From Alphaproteobacteria bacterium (lineage in GTDB: Bacteria > Pseudomonadota > Alphaproteobacteria > G965222575): a stretch of 64,000 bases of DNA. The DNA lies in the NCBI GenBank assembly GCA_965222575.1, contig OZ244958.1:128001-192000 (forward strand), read 5' to 3'. The notes under the pieces are model-generated. The model was not told where the DNA came from. It made no database searches and worked only from the letters and a program-made list of their open reading frames with translations. A program made the position numbers and the translations under genes. Positions 1 to 11,342 of this stretch are shown here, piece after piece (within the stretch, counting starts at the first letter, position 1; every line of letters starts with the position of its first letter).

Positions 1-669
1 CGGAATCCCACACGCCCAAAGCGACCCTAGTCCAGAAATAGGCACAAGACACACCTCTTCTCCTAAGGCCTTCTCAAAAATAGACACACTCCTATATAAC
101 CTCGAATCATACCCTACCCTCACCCCCTTCTTCTTCCCGCGTGCCCACGCCTTCAACCCCGACGCAATACGCGATTTGTCCTCAAGTCTATACACCGCCG
201 TATCAACTTCCCTCGAAGCCTGAAGTGCGTAACGACCATCAATCCACAAAATCCTCTCGTCAACCCCCAATAACAATAAACCCGCACTCCCTCTAAATCC
301 CGTAAGCCATAAAATATGACGCTCACATAACGCCGGCCACTCCACCGAAAACTCTCCCCCCATAGACAATAAATACCCCTCCAACCCCTCCGCCTTTAAC
401 CACTCCAAAACACACGCAAGTCGCTCTGCATCCTCACGCCCCCCCTCCAAATCCCCCAACACCTGCTCCCTCTCCTCCTCCAAAAATGCCAACACCGCTT
501 CTTTCTCCTCCCTCCCCTTAAGAGACAATAAACGCTCCAATGCCTCCTCCCTCTTCTGAGGCACTTCACACAACGCGACACTGCGTAAAAAAAGCCACCA
601 GTCTCCACCACCCAAAGGAGGCAAGGACACAAGCTTCTTCTCAAGCAACTGCTTGCCAAAACTTGACAT
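1..669 (-). CDS. Xaa-Pro aminopeptidase (aminopeptidase P, M24B), N-terminal part; runs off window start
   Basis: Manual minus-strand translation from ATG at 669 (TAATG overlap with rmuC stop) gives ...RHILWLTGFRGSAGLLLLGVDERILWIDGRYALQASREVD, the creatinase-N motif of aminopeptidase P. Not in the ORF track because it is open-ended. Confidence 0.8.
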   Translation of the reverse strand, partial: MSSFGKQLLEKKLVSLPPLGGGDWWLFLRSVALCEVPQKREEALERLLSLKGREEKEAVLAFLEEEREQVLGDLEGGREDAERLACVLEWLKAEGLEGYLLSMGGEFSVEWPALCERHILWLTGFRGSAGLLLLGVDERILWIDGRYALQASREVDTAVYRLEDKSRIASGLKAWARGKKKGVRVGYDSRLYRSVSIFEKALGEEVCLVPISGLGSLWACGIP

Positions 670-1697
670 TAAGAAACCTTCTCCCGTACAGGGAATTCCT
701 TAGACGTTTTCACCCCCATAGCCCGTAGCTTATCCGCCTTCACTAACACATTGTCCTTCCCCTCAGCAAGATTCTTTAGCCCTTTCTCATAGGCTTCCTG
801 CGCCCCCTTCAAAGAACGACCCAACCCCCCATAATACTCCAAAAAGATACAAATCTTATCATACAGCTTGCCGCCTTCCTCTGTAATCTTAAGACTATAA
901 GCAACCCCTTGCGCCTGTTGCCACATTCTGCTCAACAACCCAAGCATAGCCATCAAAGAAAAGGGAGTCGCTAGAAAAACCTTATGCTTGCGCGCAAAAT
1001 CCAACAAAGAGTGATCCGTTTCTAACGCTAAACGCAACCCATGCTCTAACGGGAAAAATAGAATGGTTTCCCTCAAACTTGAAGAAGAAGAAGCCCCATA
1101 ATCCTTGCTCCCCAATGACCGAATATGAGACCTAAGAGACCCAACAAAACTCTCCAAAAACGCCCGCCGCTCGCTCTTATCTTTAGCATTGCTAAACCCA
1201 TAAAAAGATTTTAACGACACTTTCGAATCAATATAAACCCTCCCCTCCTCCGGTAAAAATAACACAACATCAGGCTTCAAATGACGCCCATCAGGCCCTT
1301 TCAGAGACAATCCCTCCCCTTGTAAAGCATAGTGCCTCCCCCTCACCAACCCAGCAGCTTGAAGAAGACCCTCTAACTGATATTCCCCCCACTGCCCCTG
1401 TACCAACCTATCTCCTTTAAGCGTCGTCAATAAAGACAGACTCCTCTCCTCAACCTTTAGTAACTGCTCTCTAATCATGGTTTGCTCACGCGTGGTATTG
1501 AGCGCAAAATCCTGAACCGTCCCACGAACAGACTCAAGTTGTGCCTGTAATGGCCCTAAAGCCTCTTTCACCTCCCGCCCTCTGTTATGCCTTGATGTCA
1601 CTTCTCCTTCCTTGCGCCACCTCAACTCTTGGTGCACAGCATTCACAACCAAAACCCCTAGTACCACCACCACCACTAAAAGCAACATCTCATTCAT
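669..1697 (-). CDS. rmuC: DNA recombination protein RmuC
   Basis: N-terminal TM helix, QGQWGEYQLE, KPDVVLFLP..IDSKVSL, HIRSLGSKDY motifs. Confidence 0.9.
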   Translation of the reverse strand: MNEMLLLVVVVVLGVLVVNAVHQELRWRKEGEVTSRHNRGREVKEALGPLQAQLESVRGTVQDFALNTTREQTMIREQLLKVEERSLSLLTTLKGDRLVQGQWGEYQLEGLLQAAGLVRGRHYALQGEGLSLKGPDGRHLKPDVVLFLPEEGRVYIDSKVSLKSFYGFSNAKDKSERRAFLESFVGSLRSHIRSLGSKDYGASSSSSLRETILFFPLEHGLRLALETDHSLLDFARKHKVFLATPFSLMAMLGLLSRMWQQAQGVAYSLKITEEGGKLYDKICIFLEYYGGLGRSLKGAQEAYEKGLKNLAEGKDNVLVKADKLRAMGVKTSKEFPVREKVS

Positions 1698-1710
1698 AGA
1701 AGAACCTCAA

Positions 1711-2763
<1,053 letters not shown>

Positions 2764-2887
2764 TCACCCGCCATCATCTCACTCGCATAAGTGACATTGC
2801 ACTCAGCACTCTCCTATACTAGTATAGTCATATCCTCCATCCAAGCCTCTATTTATTTATTCGCCACAGACTAATCACCCGCCTCAC

Positions 2888-3208
2888 ATGACCAATCAGA
2901 TAAAATCTCTCACAAAACTCCTCAAAGATAACCAGGGCCAAGACTTAATCCTCTTAAAACCCAGTAACGGTCTTTGCAAGTATATGCTCATTGCTTGTGG
3001 TACCTCTTCTACCCATGTCAAGTCCATTGCGGAAAAACTGATTCACTGGGCAAAACAGCACAACCATACCTCTCCTACTACTGAAGGATTACAACAGGGA
3101 CTTTGGGTCGTTGTGGATGTAGGGGAAACCTTGGTGCATGTTTTCCAAAGTGATGTGAGGGATTATTATCAATTAGACTCATTGTGGGACAAAGCCCCGT
3201 TGCCATGA
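2888..3208 (+). CDS. rsfS: Ribosome silencing factor RsfS (Iojap)
   Basis: IACGTSSTHVKSIAE, WVVVDVGETLVHVF..VRDYYQLDSLW. Confidence 0.92.
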   Translation: MTNQIKSLTKLLKDNQGQDLILLKPSNGLCKYMLIACGTSSTHVKSIAEKLIHWAKQHNHTSPTTEGLQQGLWVVVDVGETLVHVFQSDVRDYYQLDSLWDKAPLP

Positions 3209-4671
3209 AGCCTTGTATCCTGTGTATCTTAGATGGATGGGGCTGTGCAGAAGACTCCCCTCAGAATGCTATTCTCCGTGCTAAAACCCCTGCTTTCTCA
3301 CAATTCCAAGACCGCTATCCCTCCGCGACTTTGCTAACCCATGGGGAACATGTTGGACTCCCTAAAGGACAAGCCGGCAATTCTGAAGTCGGTCATATGA
3401 CCATAGGGGCCGGACGACTCATCATCCAAGACTTAACAAGAATCTCTTCAACTCTTAGTAACGTCAAAAAAGACCGGCACGCTCTCCCCTTTTTACAGCG
3501 CTTTCGCAATGCTCCCTGTCATATCATTGGACTCCTTTCCCGCGGCGGGGTGCATGCACACATAGACCATATCCTTGCACTTTGCCACCTCCTCAATGCC
3601 TGTGGTACCAAAGTACTATTACACGGCATACTCGATGGACGGGATACACAACCTTGCGTCTCAAAAGAGGACATCCCTGCTTTTCTCAAGCAACTGCCAG
3701 CAAACACAAGCCTAGTCACTCTCTCAGGACGATTCTTCGCCATGGATAGAGACAACCGCTGGGAACGAACACAGAAAGCCTTTGAAGCCATGGCTTACGG
3801 AATAGGCCAACACTGTTCCTTAGAAATTGCCCTTAAGCAAGCCCAGAACACAGGAGATGAGTTCCTCCACCCTTGTGTCCTCAATCCACTTTATCAGGGC
3901 ATTCTTGACCATGAGGGACTCCTCATGGCCAACTTCAGAACCGATCGAATCAAACAACTGCTAAAACCTCTCTATCAAAGCAACTTTCAACACTTTAAGA
4001 GAAAACACCAGCCTCTTCTTTCTCGCGCCTGCTCCCTTTCTCCTCTGGACGACCCTAACCTCACTGCAATCACCCCTCTTTTCCCCTTTCAACCCCCAAA
4101 AAATACCTTAGGGCATCTCTTAAGCCAACAGAACACTCAACAGCTACGACTCGCCGAAACAGAAAAATTTCCCCATGTTACATTCTTCTTCAATGGACGA
4201 CAACAAGACCCTTTCAAAGGAGAACACCGACTGATCATCCCTTCCCCTTCTGTCCCTACTTACGACTTAGCCCCTAAAATGTCCGCCATGGCTATCGCTA
4301 CTGCCGCTCAAAAAGCCCTCAACAAAAAATCCTTCTCTTTCCTCCTCATCAATTTCGCCAACCCAGACATGGTCGGGCATACGCAAAACCTCAACGCTAC
4401 CATCCAAGCCGTTCAAGCCGTGGACCAAGCCCTCAACAAAATCATCTCCGCTGCACATCAACACCACGCAAGTCTCATCGTCACCGCTGACCACGGTAAC
4501 GCCGAAGACCTCTCTACACCCGCTCACTCTTGCTCCCCAGTCCCCATCATTATCAAACATAACCTCATCTCATCCCTTAAAAATGGTTCCCTGCAAGACA
4601 TCGCTCCTACTGTGCTCAAAATCATGAATCTCAACACACCACAAGAAATGACCGGAACCCCTTTGTTCTAA
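3205..4671 (+). CDS. gpmI: 2,3-bisphosphoglycerate-independent phosphoglycerate mutase
   Basis: ILDGWG, GNSEVGH, DGRD, NFANPDMVGH, TADHGNAE; ATG at 3205 overlaps rsfS stop. Confidence 0.96.
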   Translation: MKPCILCILDGWGCAEDSPQNAILRAKTPAFSQFQDRYPSATLLTHGEHVGLPKGQAGNSEVGHMTIGAGRLIIQDLTRISSTLSNVKKDRHALPFLQRFRNAPCHIIGLLSRGGVHAHIDHILALCHLLNACGTKVLLHGILDGRDTQPCVSKEDIPAFLKQLPANTSLVTLSGRFFAMDRDNRWERTQKAFEAMAYGIGQHCSLEIALKQAQNTGDEFLHPCVLNPLYQGILDHEGLLMANFRTDRIKQLLKPLYQSNFQHFKRKHQPLLSRACSLSPLDDPNLTAITPLFPFQPPKNTLGHLLSQQNTQQLRLAETEKFPHVTFFFNGRQQDPFKGEHRLIIPSPSVPTYDLAPKMSAMAIATAAQKALNKKSFSFLLINFANPDMVGHTQNLNATIQAVQAVDQALNKIISAAHQHHASLIVTADHGNAEDLSTPAHSCSPVPIIIKHNLISSLKNGSLQDIAPTVLKIMNLNTPQEMTGTPLF

Positions 4672-4765
4672 AAAAATACTTGCTTATCTCCGCATTCTCT
4701 ATACAATACACAATACTTAAGACAAGAAAAAAAACCCTCCTAACCCACAGCACTCATAAGCTTTC

Positions 4766-6064
4766 ATGAACAAGACTTTCCTCTCTCAAGGCCTCCTTTT
4801 TCTTCTCCCCCTCTTCTTGCTCTCCTCTCCCTCTTTCGGAGAAGAACGCGAACTCGACCTCAGTGCAGAAGACAAAACCTTGATACAAAAAACAATCAAC
4901 ATCGCTGAAGAATTCTACCACCTCTCCGTCAACAAAAATCATATGATTAAAAAGGGCGCTATCAGAGTCGTCGAACATATCGATACCCATAACCTTTTTC
5001 TAGAAAACGCCCTACAAAAGGAAATCAAACGAAACAAAGGCATTGGCATCGTTTTCGCCTTTGAGAAAGGCAATTCCTATCTTGAAGTCCTGACCGTTTA
5101 TCCCGGCTCTTCCGCTCACGAAGCCGGACTTAAAGCCGGCAACATTATCTGGCGTATACAAGGACTCTCCATCTCATCATACACCTCCAGACAACACATC
5201 TTAAAAGCCCTCACAGGACAAAATAAACAGGTCATTTCCCTTGCCATCTACGAAGACAGAAACTTCCTCACCCGTAAACAAGTAAAAGTCACTGTAGGAA
5301 AATTAGGCATTCCCATCTCCATCTGTAAACCTATACAGGATAATGTCTTGTACATTAAATACCAAACATTCCAAAAAGGGGATGCAGACCTTCTCACGAA
5401 ATGTCTTCAAAAACATTCCTATAAAGGGATTCTCTTTGACCTCAGAGAAACCGCAGGCGGACAAACAGAGGAAACCTTAAAAATAACAGACCTCTTTCTC
5501 AACAAAGGGCAACAACTGCTCACCCTAGAATTCAATGATGGCGAAACAAAATCCTACCGCTCTCAAACCGCCGCCGCTGCCCCCCAAGTGCCCCTCGTAT
5601 TGCTCATCTCTCACACCACCGCCTTCTCAGGAGAACTCATAGCAGGTATCCTCAAACACCAAAACCGCGCCACCCTCATGGGGAGCAAAACCATGGGACA
5701 AGGAAGCTTCCAACAAAGCTTCCCCCTAGACCAAAACTATACCCTCCTCCTCACAACCGCTTGGTTCCAACTCCCAAATAAACAATGGATAAAAGATGGC
5801 ATCCTCCCCCATATCTCCATTAAGCCGCATGATGAAACCCTCATTATCAAAGATTTCCTACCAGATAAACCAGATGACGATACCCTCCTCGCTAGAAAAC
5901 ACGCCATAGACAAAACACATCTTCCACACACAGAAGACTCAATAAGCCAAAATAAACTACAAGAACACATCCTTCAACAAAAAACCCTCAAAATCGGAGG
6001 GAAAATTGACAATACCCTACAAAGAGCCTTAGACCTCATCAACTCTTTAGCAACCCTAAACTAA
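4766..6064 (+). CDS. S41 family (CtpA-like) PDZ protease paralogue, predicted catalytically inactive
   Basis: Signal peptide, PDZ (GIGIV..YPGSSAHEAGLKAG), S41 motifs altered to TAFSGE and TMGQG. Confidence 0.8.
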   Translation: MNKTFLSQGLLFLLPLFLLSSPSFGEERELDLSAEDKTLIQKTINIAEEFYHLSVNKNHMIKKGAIRVVEHIDTHNLFLENALQKEIKRNKGIGIVFAFEKGNSYLEVLTVYPGSSAHEAGLKAGNIIWRIQGLSISSYTSRQHILKALTGQNKQVISLAIYEDRNFLTRKQVKVTVGKLGIPISICKPIQDNVLYIKYQTFQKGDADLLTKCLQKHSYKGILFDLRETAGGQTEETLKITDLFLNKGQQLLTLEFNDGETKSYRSQTAAAAPQVPLVLLISHTTAFSGELIAGILKHQNRATLMGSKTMGQGSFQQSFPLDQNYTLLLTTAWFQLPNKQWIKDGILPHISIKPHDETLIIKDFLPDKPDDDTLLARKHAIDKTHLPHTEDSISQNKLQEHILQQKTLKIGGKIDNTLQRALDLINSLATLN

Positions 6065-6067
6065 ATA

Positions 6068-7429
6068 ATGCCCCCCATGAAACCACTGCTTCAACTCCTC
6101 GTACTAGCACCCCTTATCCTCTCTGTGTCATCCCTCACGGCAGAAACCTTCGATTCTCCCCTTGACTTACAAAAAGTCATGTCCATTGTACAAAAACATT
6201 ACGTTCAGCCTCAAAAAAGCCATGAAATCACCGTCATCGCCCTCAATGGCATGCTGTCTTCTCTGGATAGATACTCCACCTATTTAGAAAAAATGGACTT
6301 GGAAAATAAAAATATTCGCACCTTTGGACAATTCGGCGGTATCGGGTCAACAGTACGGCACATCGGGGGCTTTGTACACCTAGAGAAAATCTATGAAAAC
6401 GCCCCAGCAGATAAAGCTAACCTGAAAAATGGAGACTTCATCACCGCCATTGACGGCAACACTCTCCTTAAGTTGTCCTTTGAAGAGGCCTTAAATCTTA
6501 TTCGCGGTAAACCGGGCTCAACTATCACCCTTTCTATCTTTCGTCCCTCTGAAATCGACCCCGAAAAACAAAACTTTAATGTGGATATCACACGAGAACT
6601 TGTCAAAATTTCCGCTATTAATAAATACTACAGCCTAGATAATGATGTGCTGTATATCAAAGTCAACAGCTTTAGTGCACGCGTCACACAAGACCTAAAA
6701 AACGCCCTTGAAGCCTTAATCACTTCTCATCCTCTCTACAAAGGATTAATCCTAGACCTGCGAGGCAACCCGGGCGGACTCTTAAATGAAGCCGTTGCCC
6801 TAGCCGATCTCTTCATACAACAGGGACTCATCGTAAGCGCTGTTTATAAACCTAGGGGGCGTACCCAGACACGCGAGTACACCGCAACTTACGGCGACCT
6901 TATTAAGGGAAAACCCCTTGTCGTACTCATTGACAACAGAAGTGCTAGTGCTTCTGAGCTTATCAGCGCGGCTTTCAAAGACAATAAACGCGCCATCATC
7001 ATGGGTACCCCCTCCTTTGGAAAAGGACTCATCCAACAAGCTATCCCCGTGGGAAAAAATCAATCCATCTCCATCACCGTAGGAGAATACTTTTCTCTCC
7101 AACGCTACTCTCTCAACAAAAAAGGCATTGTGCCTGACATCTTAGTGGATATCAATAAAACAATTCTTGATAACAACAACAAGCCTATTACCTTAGTCAA
7201 AGACAAAATGGAGGAAATTCCTCTGGAGTTGCGCAAAACTCTCTCTCCTGACAAACTTTCCTCCTACGAAACAAACATCAAAACCCTCATTTTGAAAGAA
7301 GAAGACTATAAGGCAAAACTTGAACAAGGCGAAGATGCACAAATCCTCGTAGAGGATTATCTCCTGCACAGAGCCGCAAACCTCGTTGAAAGTCTCAGAG
7401 CTCTTCAACTCCAAGAACAAACTCCTTAA
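6068..7429 (+). CDS. ctpA: Carboxyl-terminal processing protease (S41)
   Basis: FGGIG PDZ, LDLRGNPGG, SASASE, SFGKG. Confidence 0.92.
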   Translation: MPPMKPLLQLLVLAPLILSVSSLTAETFDSPLDLQKVMSIVQKHYVQPQKSHEITVIALNGMLSSLDRYSTYLEKMDLENKNIRTFGQFGGIGSTVRHIGGFVHLEKIYENAPADKANLKNGDFITAIDGNTLLKLSFEEALNLIRGKPGSTITLSIFRPSEIDPEKQNFNVDITRELVKISAINKYYSLDNDVLYIKVNSFSARVTQDLKNALEALITSHPLYKGLILDLRGNPGGLLNEAVALADLFIQQGLIVSAVYKPRGRTQTREYTATYGDLIKGKPLVVLIDNRSASASELISAAFKDNKRAIIMGTPSFGKGLIQQAIPVGKNQSISITVGEYFSLQRYSLNKKGIVPDILVDINKTILDNNNKPITLVKDKMEEIPLELRKTLSPDKLSSYETNIKTLILKEEDYKAKLEQGEDAQILVEDYLLHRAANLVESLRALQLQEQTP

Positions 7430-7628
7430 GACCCCACAGCACCCCCCCCTTCCCCCTTCCCCCTTCCTGCCTCCCCTTCCTTTTTATTGGCTTTATTGGC
7501 AGGGCTTATCACAGGACACTTGCAAAATCCCATACTATGAGACCCCCCCTTCAGTTGGTGAGACTTACAGCACCAACAAAGAGGAGTGTGTATGAGAGAG
7601 AGACCCCTTCAATTGAGGGCTTGTCGGC

Positions 7629-9389
7629 TTACGGCACCAACTCTTTATAATGCCCAGAGGAGCGTGTAAAGGACACAACGATATCTTGCGTCACAGGAAT
7701 AGAAACGCCTCCTAATGTCCATGGCTTAACAATTTCTTTCTCCTGCTTAAGGGTCGCAAAGAGTGTTTGCAATCCTTCATGGGCAATGAGATTTTCGACT
7801 TTAACCCCTCTAGGGAAAATAGCAAACCGCCTTGTTAGTGCTGCAAGCTCCCCAAATAATTCACAAACCCACAAGGCATTTTCTTCTCCTTTTCTGCCCC
7901 CAACCCATAGAAGTCCCGCTTTATCGGCAGTAGCCGTAGTAATCTCATGGGGACAGTCCACCACATCAGGGTGTGCAATTTTCTCCTCCCCTCCTCTGAG
8001 AAAAATGTCCCAAGAGGCTTTATAGGTCGTATGATCCTCTGTGGTAAGCTTCACAATTTGTCCGTTAGGAGGAGAAAAAAGAGGATTGAGATGTTGATTA
8101 TGAAGCGGCGTCTGCGGGTGAGCAAACACAATAATCAGTTCGTTCTCAAGGGGGTCTACCACGAGAGAATGAATGCGGTTTAGGGGGGTAGCCCCTACAA
8201 GATCCGCTGCCCGGCGCGCCTCAATCAGAACATCAACTTGAGATGAAAACCCTGCCTCTTTTGTAAGAGAAGGGTGACCAAAGGCAAGAGGCTCCCAAAT
8301 AAGTGACCCTTCCTCCTCCCACTTTGCCACAAAAAGCTCTCCTTCATTCAAGAATCCTTCCCTATAGTCATACATTTTCGCATCGATTTGCGAAACATCA
8401 GCCATCATAAGGTGACGTGAGATAAATTTATAGAAGTATTCCCCCCCATCATAATCAGCCATATAGATAACAATCTTGCCAACCACTATTGAGGAGGAAA
8501 ACTCCATAGGCTCAAAGACAACACAGCTCGCCCCATGGTTAAATCGCCCTAAAGAAGTAAGTTTTTCAGGCATTGTGCCTCTTTTCTGCGGGTCAAGATG
8601 GAGCATCCATCCATATAAGTTAGGCCCTCTAGGGAAAGCTTTAAGACGAAACTCCGCCTCTCTTTCAGAGCCTTTCACCAAGGGATGCTGTCCTATGCCC
8701 ATGCGTTGATAGTTGGCTTTTTCCTCTTCAGGTATTTGGTCTGTGTCGTGAAAATAGCGCCCTATCTGGTTCTCTCCAACTAAGAGCGTATGCCAAGGCG
8801 TAGAGGTCATGAGTTTCTCTCCAACAAGTCCCTTAGCATAGTATTTCATCCGCCCATCGGAACGGCGTAGCCTCCTGGAGGCTTGACACTCACCCGTGAT
8901 AAGGTATCGATTCAGTCCTTCATACTCAGAGGTGATGGTATTATCAACTTCAAATACCCACTTCACACTTTCCTTTTCTTTAAGAAAGACTTTGTCTCTC
9001 TGTCCCATCCGCATGACAATCCCATGATTGTCCCAATGCTCTGTGTGATACGCCACAGCAAACACGCCAAATTCCGCTAGCTGAGCGGAATGGCTGTAGA
9101 TATCCTGTAAATAGAGAAAGGCACTACTACTGATAGTTGTCCCTTTCAAGAGGTCTGTATTAGGCTTAAGGGAGTCAATCCACTGAGCAGCGATATCTTT
9201 AGGCAACACTAAAGTTGTGGAATCAATGTTCGCGGGAAATTGAAAGACGAGTCGGTCTAAGGGTGCTGCTAGGGCTTTCTCTGGCAGAAAGAGTCTAGGG
9301 GCAAGAAAAACAGCAGAAGTCGCTGCCGTCGTTTTCAGACAAAGATGAAGAAACTGGCGCCTTGAAATAGGACGTGCAAGCCACCTCAT
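7629..9389 (-). CDS. PhoX/DUF839-family Tat-exported protein, degenerate metal ligands
   Basis: SRRQFL Tat motif; PNLYGW..LDP..PEKLTSLGRFNH, YFYKF, ARRAADLVGAT match PhoX; ATG at 9389 overlaps holC stop. Confidence 0.75.
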   Translation of the reverse strand: MRWLARPISRRQFLHLCLKTTAATSAVFLAPRLFLPEKALAAPLDRLVFQFPANIDSTTLVLPKDIAAQWIDSLKPNTDLLKGTTISSSAFLYLQDIYSHSAQLAEFGVFAVAYHTEHWDNHGIVMRMGQRDKVFLKEKESVKWVFEVDNTITSEYEGLNRYLITGECQASRRLRRSDGRMKYYAKGLVGEKLMTSTPWHTLLVGENQIGRYFHDTDQIPEEEKANYQRMGIGQHPLVKGSEREAEFRLKAFPRGPNLYGWMLHLDPQKRGTMPEKLTSLGRFNHGASCVVFEPMEFSSSIVVGKIVIYMADYDGGEYFYKFISRHLMMADVSQIDAKMYDYREGFLNEGELFVAKWEEEGSLIWEPLAFGHPSLTKEAGFSSQVDVLIEARRAADLVGATPLNRIHSLVVDPLENELIIVFAHPQTPLHNQHLNPLFSPPNGQIVKLTTEDHTTYKASWDIFLRGGEEKIAHPDVVDCPHEITTATADKAGLLWVGGRKGEENALWVCELFGELAALTRRFAIFPRGVKVENLIAHEGLQTLFATLKQEKEIVKPWTLGGVSIPVTQDIVVSFTRSSGHYKELVP

Positions 9390-9844
9390 GAGGAAACCCT
9401 CTCTTGCCATTGCATATGCTGCCACACTAAAAAAGAGACATAAAGAAAAGACTTCTTAGCGATTTGCCAGCATTGACGCGCTCTTTGTAGGGTTTCCTGA
9501 TTATCAAAGCAACACCACACATCAAGTCCTAAAAGGGTAGCAGCCGTAAAATCCTCTTGAGAAGAAGGGGATATCAACACCAATTCCCGTGATTTTGTCA
9601 GTTGCTGAAAGTCCGTTATCAGAAGGCACGGGTGCCTATCTGAGGCGTTGTGATAAGTCCCATGGGGCAAAAAGACAGATTTTGAGAACGTCCAAAGGGC
9701 TTTATCTAAAACCATGAGCTCTTCATCTGTTTGTAGCTTAATAGCAAAGGGTGTTTTTTGTTTGAAGGCCCGCAACGCCAAGTTCGTCCAAATGTTGACA
9801 GGTTCTTCCTGATGGTACAGATAAAACGTGCAAGTTTTCTTCAC
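9386..9844 (-). CDS. holC: DNA polymerase III chi subunit
   Basis: LDKALWTF...FLPHG, ARQCW; directly downstream of pepA as is usual. Confidence 0.85.
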   Translation of the reverse strand: MKKTCTFYLYHQEEPVNIWTNLALRAFKQKTPFAIKLQTDEELMVLDKALWTFSKSVFLPHGTYHNASDRHPCLLITDFQQLTKSRELVLISPSSQEDFTAATLLGLDVWCCFDNQETLQRARQCWQIAKKSFLYVSFLVWQHMQWQERVSS

Positions 9845-9851
9845 GGCTCCC

Positions 9852-11342
9852 CTATTTTTTCTCCCAACATGTTGAGATATAGTGGTGTAATAAACGCACC
9901 CCCCACCCCGTAGCAGTCTTAGGAGGCGTCAAAGGCCCACCGGGCGTTCCAAAGGCTACACCCGCAATATCTAAATGGCACCACTTTGTACTGCTTTTAA
10001 TAAAGCGCTTGAGAAAATGAGCCGCAGTGCTACTACCCCCCCACCGTATAGTAGAGGTGTTCGTCATATCGGCAATAGGGTCGTTAATGGCTTTTTCAAA
10101 ATACGCATCCATAGGCATAAGCCAAAGCTTCTCACCAACGATTTTACCGGAGTCAATCAGTCGTTTCCCCACTGCCTGATTATTGGTAAAGAGGCCGCCA
10201 AATTCATGGCCGAGAGGGACTAAAATCGCCCCCGTAAGGGTCGCTAAGTTAATCAGCACATCAGGGGTATGGTGTTCTTGCATGTAATGCAGCACATCGG
10301 CTAGGACTAATCGTCCTTCAGCATCGGTATTATTGACTGCAATGGTTTGTCCGGACAAGGAGGTGACAATATCTCCCGGTCTTTGCGCCCGCCCAGAGGG
10401 CATATTTTCCACAAGTCCAAGGGCACCGGAGACATTAAGAGGCGCCTTGCGTTTCGCCAAAGCCATAAAAGTCCCTACCACAGCAGCCGCACCCCCCATA
10501 TCATATTTCATGTCCTGCATGCCAGCAGAAGGTTTCAAGGAAATCCCTCCCGTATCAAAAGTCACCCCTTTTCCCACAAGACAAAGCGGCGCCTGTTTCT
10601 CTTTCTTATCCCCCCCCCTCCACTGTAAAGTTACCATATAACTTTCATTAACAGAGCCTCTCCCAACAGCTAAAAGCGCCTGCATTCCAAGTTTTTTCAG
10701 AGCAGCTTCTTTATAAATCGTCACCGCAACGCCTAAAGGCTTAAGGGCTTTTTCCGTACGGTGCGCTACTTCCGCAGGCGTCATCACATTGCCCGGTTCT
10801 TCCTGCAACTCTCTAGCAAAGAAGACCCCCTCCCGCACAGCAGACAAAATGCTTAAGCTAGCTTTTGTTCCTGCTATTTTCCCCTTGCCAACAGCAACGG
10901 AAAGCTTTTGTAAGGAGCGCGGCTTTGGTTTTGGCTTCGTTTTATAGCCCTCAAAGACGTAACGTGCGAAAAAAGCCCCATTGGCAAGAAAAGCCCCCGG
11001 CGTTGATACTTTCTCACTGAGCCCTTTCCCTAAAAAAGAGACACTCGCCTCCTCCACCTTACAACTATCTAACCACTTGACTAAGGCTGCCCCTGCTTTC
11101 TCTAAAGCTAGTGCGCTCAGATGCGGTTTTTTTCCTAACCCCAAAGCAACAACAGTCTCCTTACCTTTAAGCCCTAACAAAGGCACAATTTTGCCTACTT
11201 CCCCCTTGAACTTCATAGTACTAAGCAAGGCATTGATTGTAGCACTTTGTACCGACTCCGTGGAAACGCCCCCTAAGACTGGAATCACTAAAACAGACGA
11301 AGGGGAAAGAGAGGTGGAAAAGCGAATTTTTAAGGAGGACAT
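9852..11342 (-). CDS. pepA: Leucyl aminopeptidase (M17)
   Basis: VGKGVTFDTGG, MKYDMGG, NTDAEGRLVLAD, HLDIAG. Confidence 0.96.
   Translation of the reverse strand: MSSLKIRFSTSLSPSSVLVIPVLGGVSTESVQSATINALLSTMKFKGEVGKIVPLLGLKGKETVVALGLGKKPHLSALALEKAGAALVKWLDSCKVEEASVSFLGKGLSEKVSTPGAFLANGAFFARYVFEGYKTKPKPKPRSLQKLSVAVGKGKIAGTKASLSILSAVREGVFFARELQEEPGNVMTPAEVAHRTEKALKPLGVAVTIYKEAALKKLGMQALLAVGRGSVNESYMVTLQWRGGDKKEKQAPLCLVGKGVTFDTGGISLKPSAGMQDMKYDMGGAAAVVGTFMALAKRKAPLNVSGALGLVENMPSGRAQRPGDIVTSLSGQTIAVNNTDAEGRLVLADVLHYMQEHHTPDVLINLATLTGAILVPLGHEFGGLFTNNQAVGKRLIDSGKIVGEKLWLMPMDAYFEKAINDPIADMTNTSTIRWGGSSTAAHFLKRFIKSSTKWCHLDIAGVAFGTPGGPLTPPKTATGWGVRLLHHYISTCWEKK

Noticed and set aside
396-659. 87-aa minus-strand ORF from the track
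   Set aside because: It is an alternative frame of the aminopeptidase P gene starting at 669.
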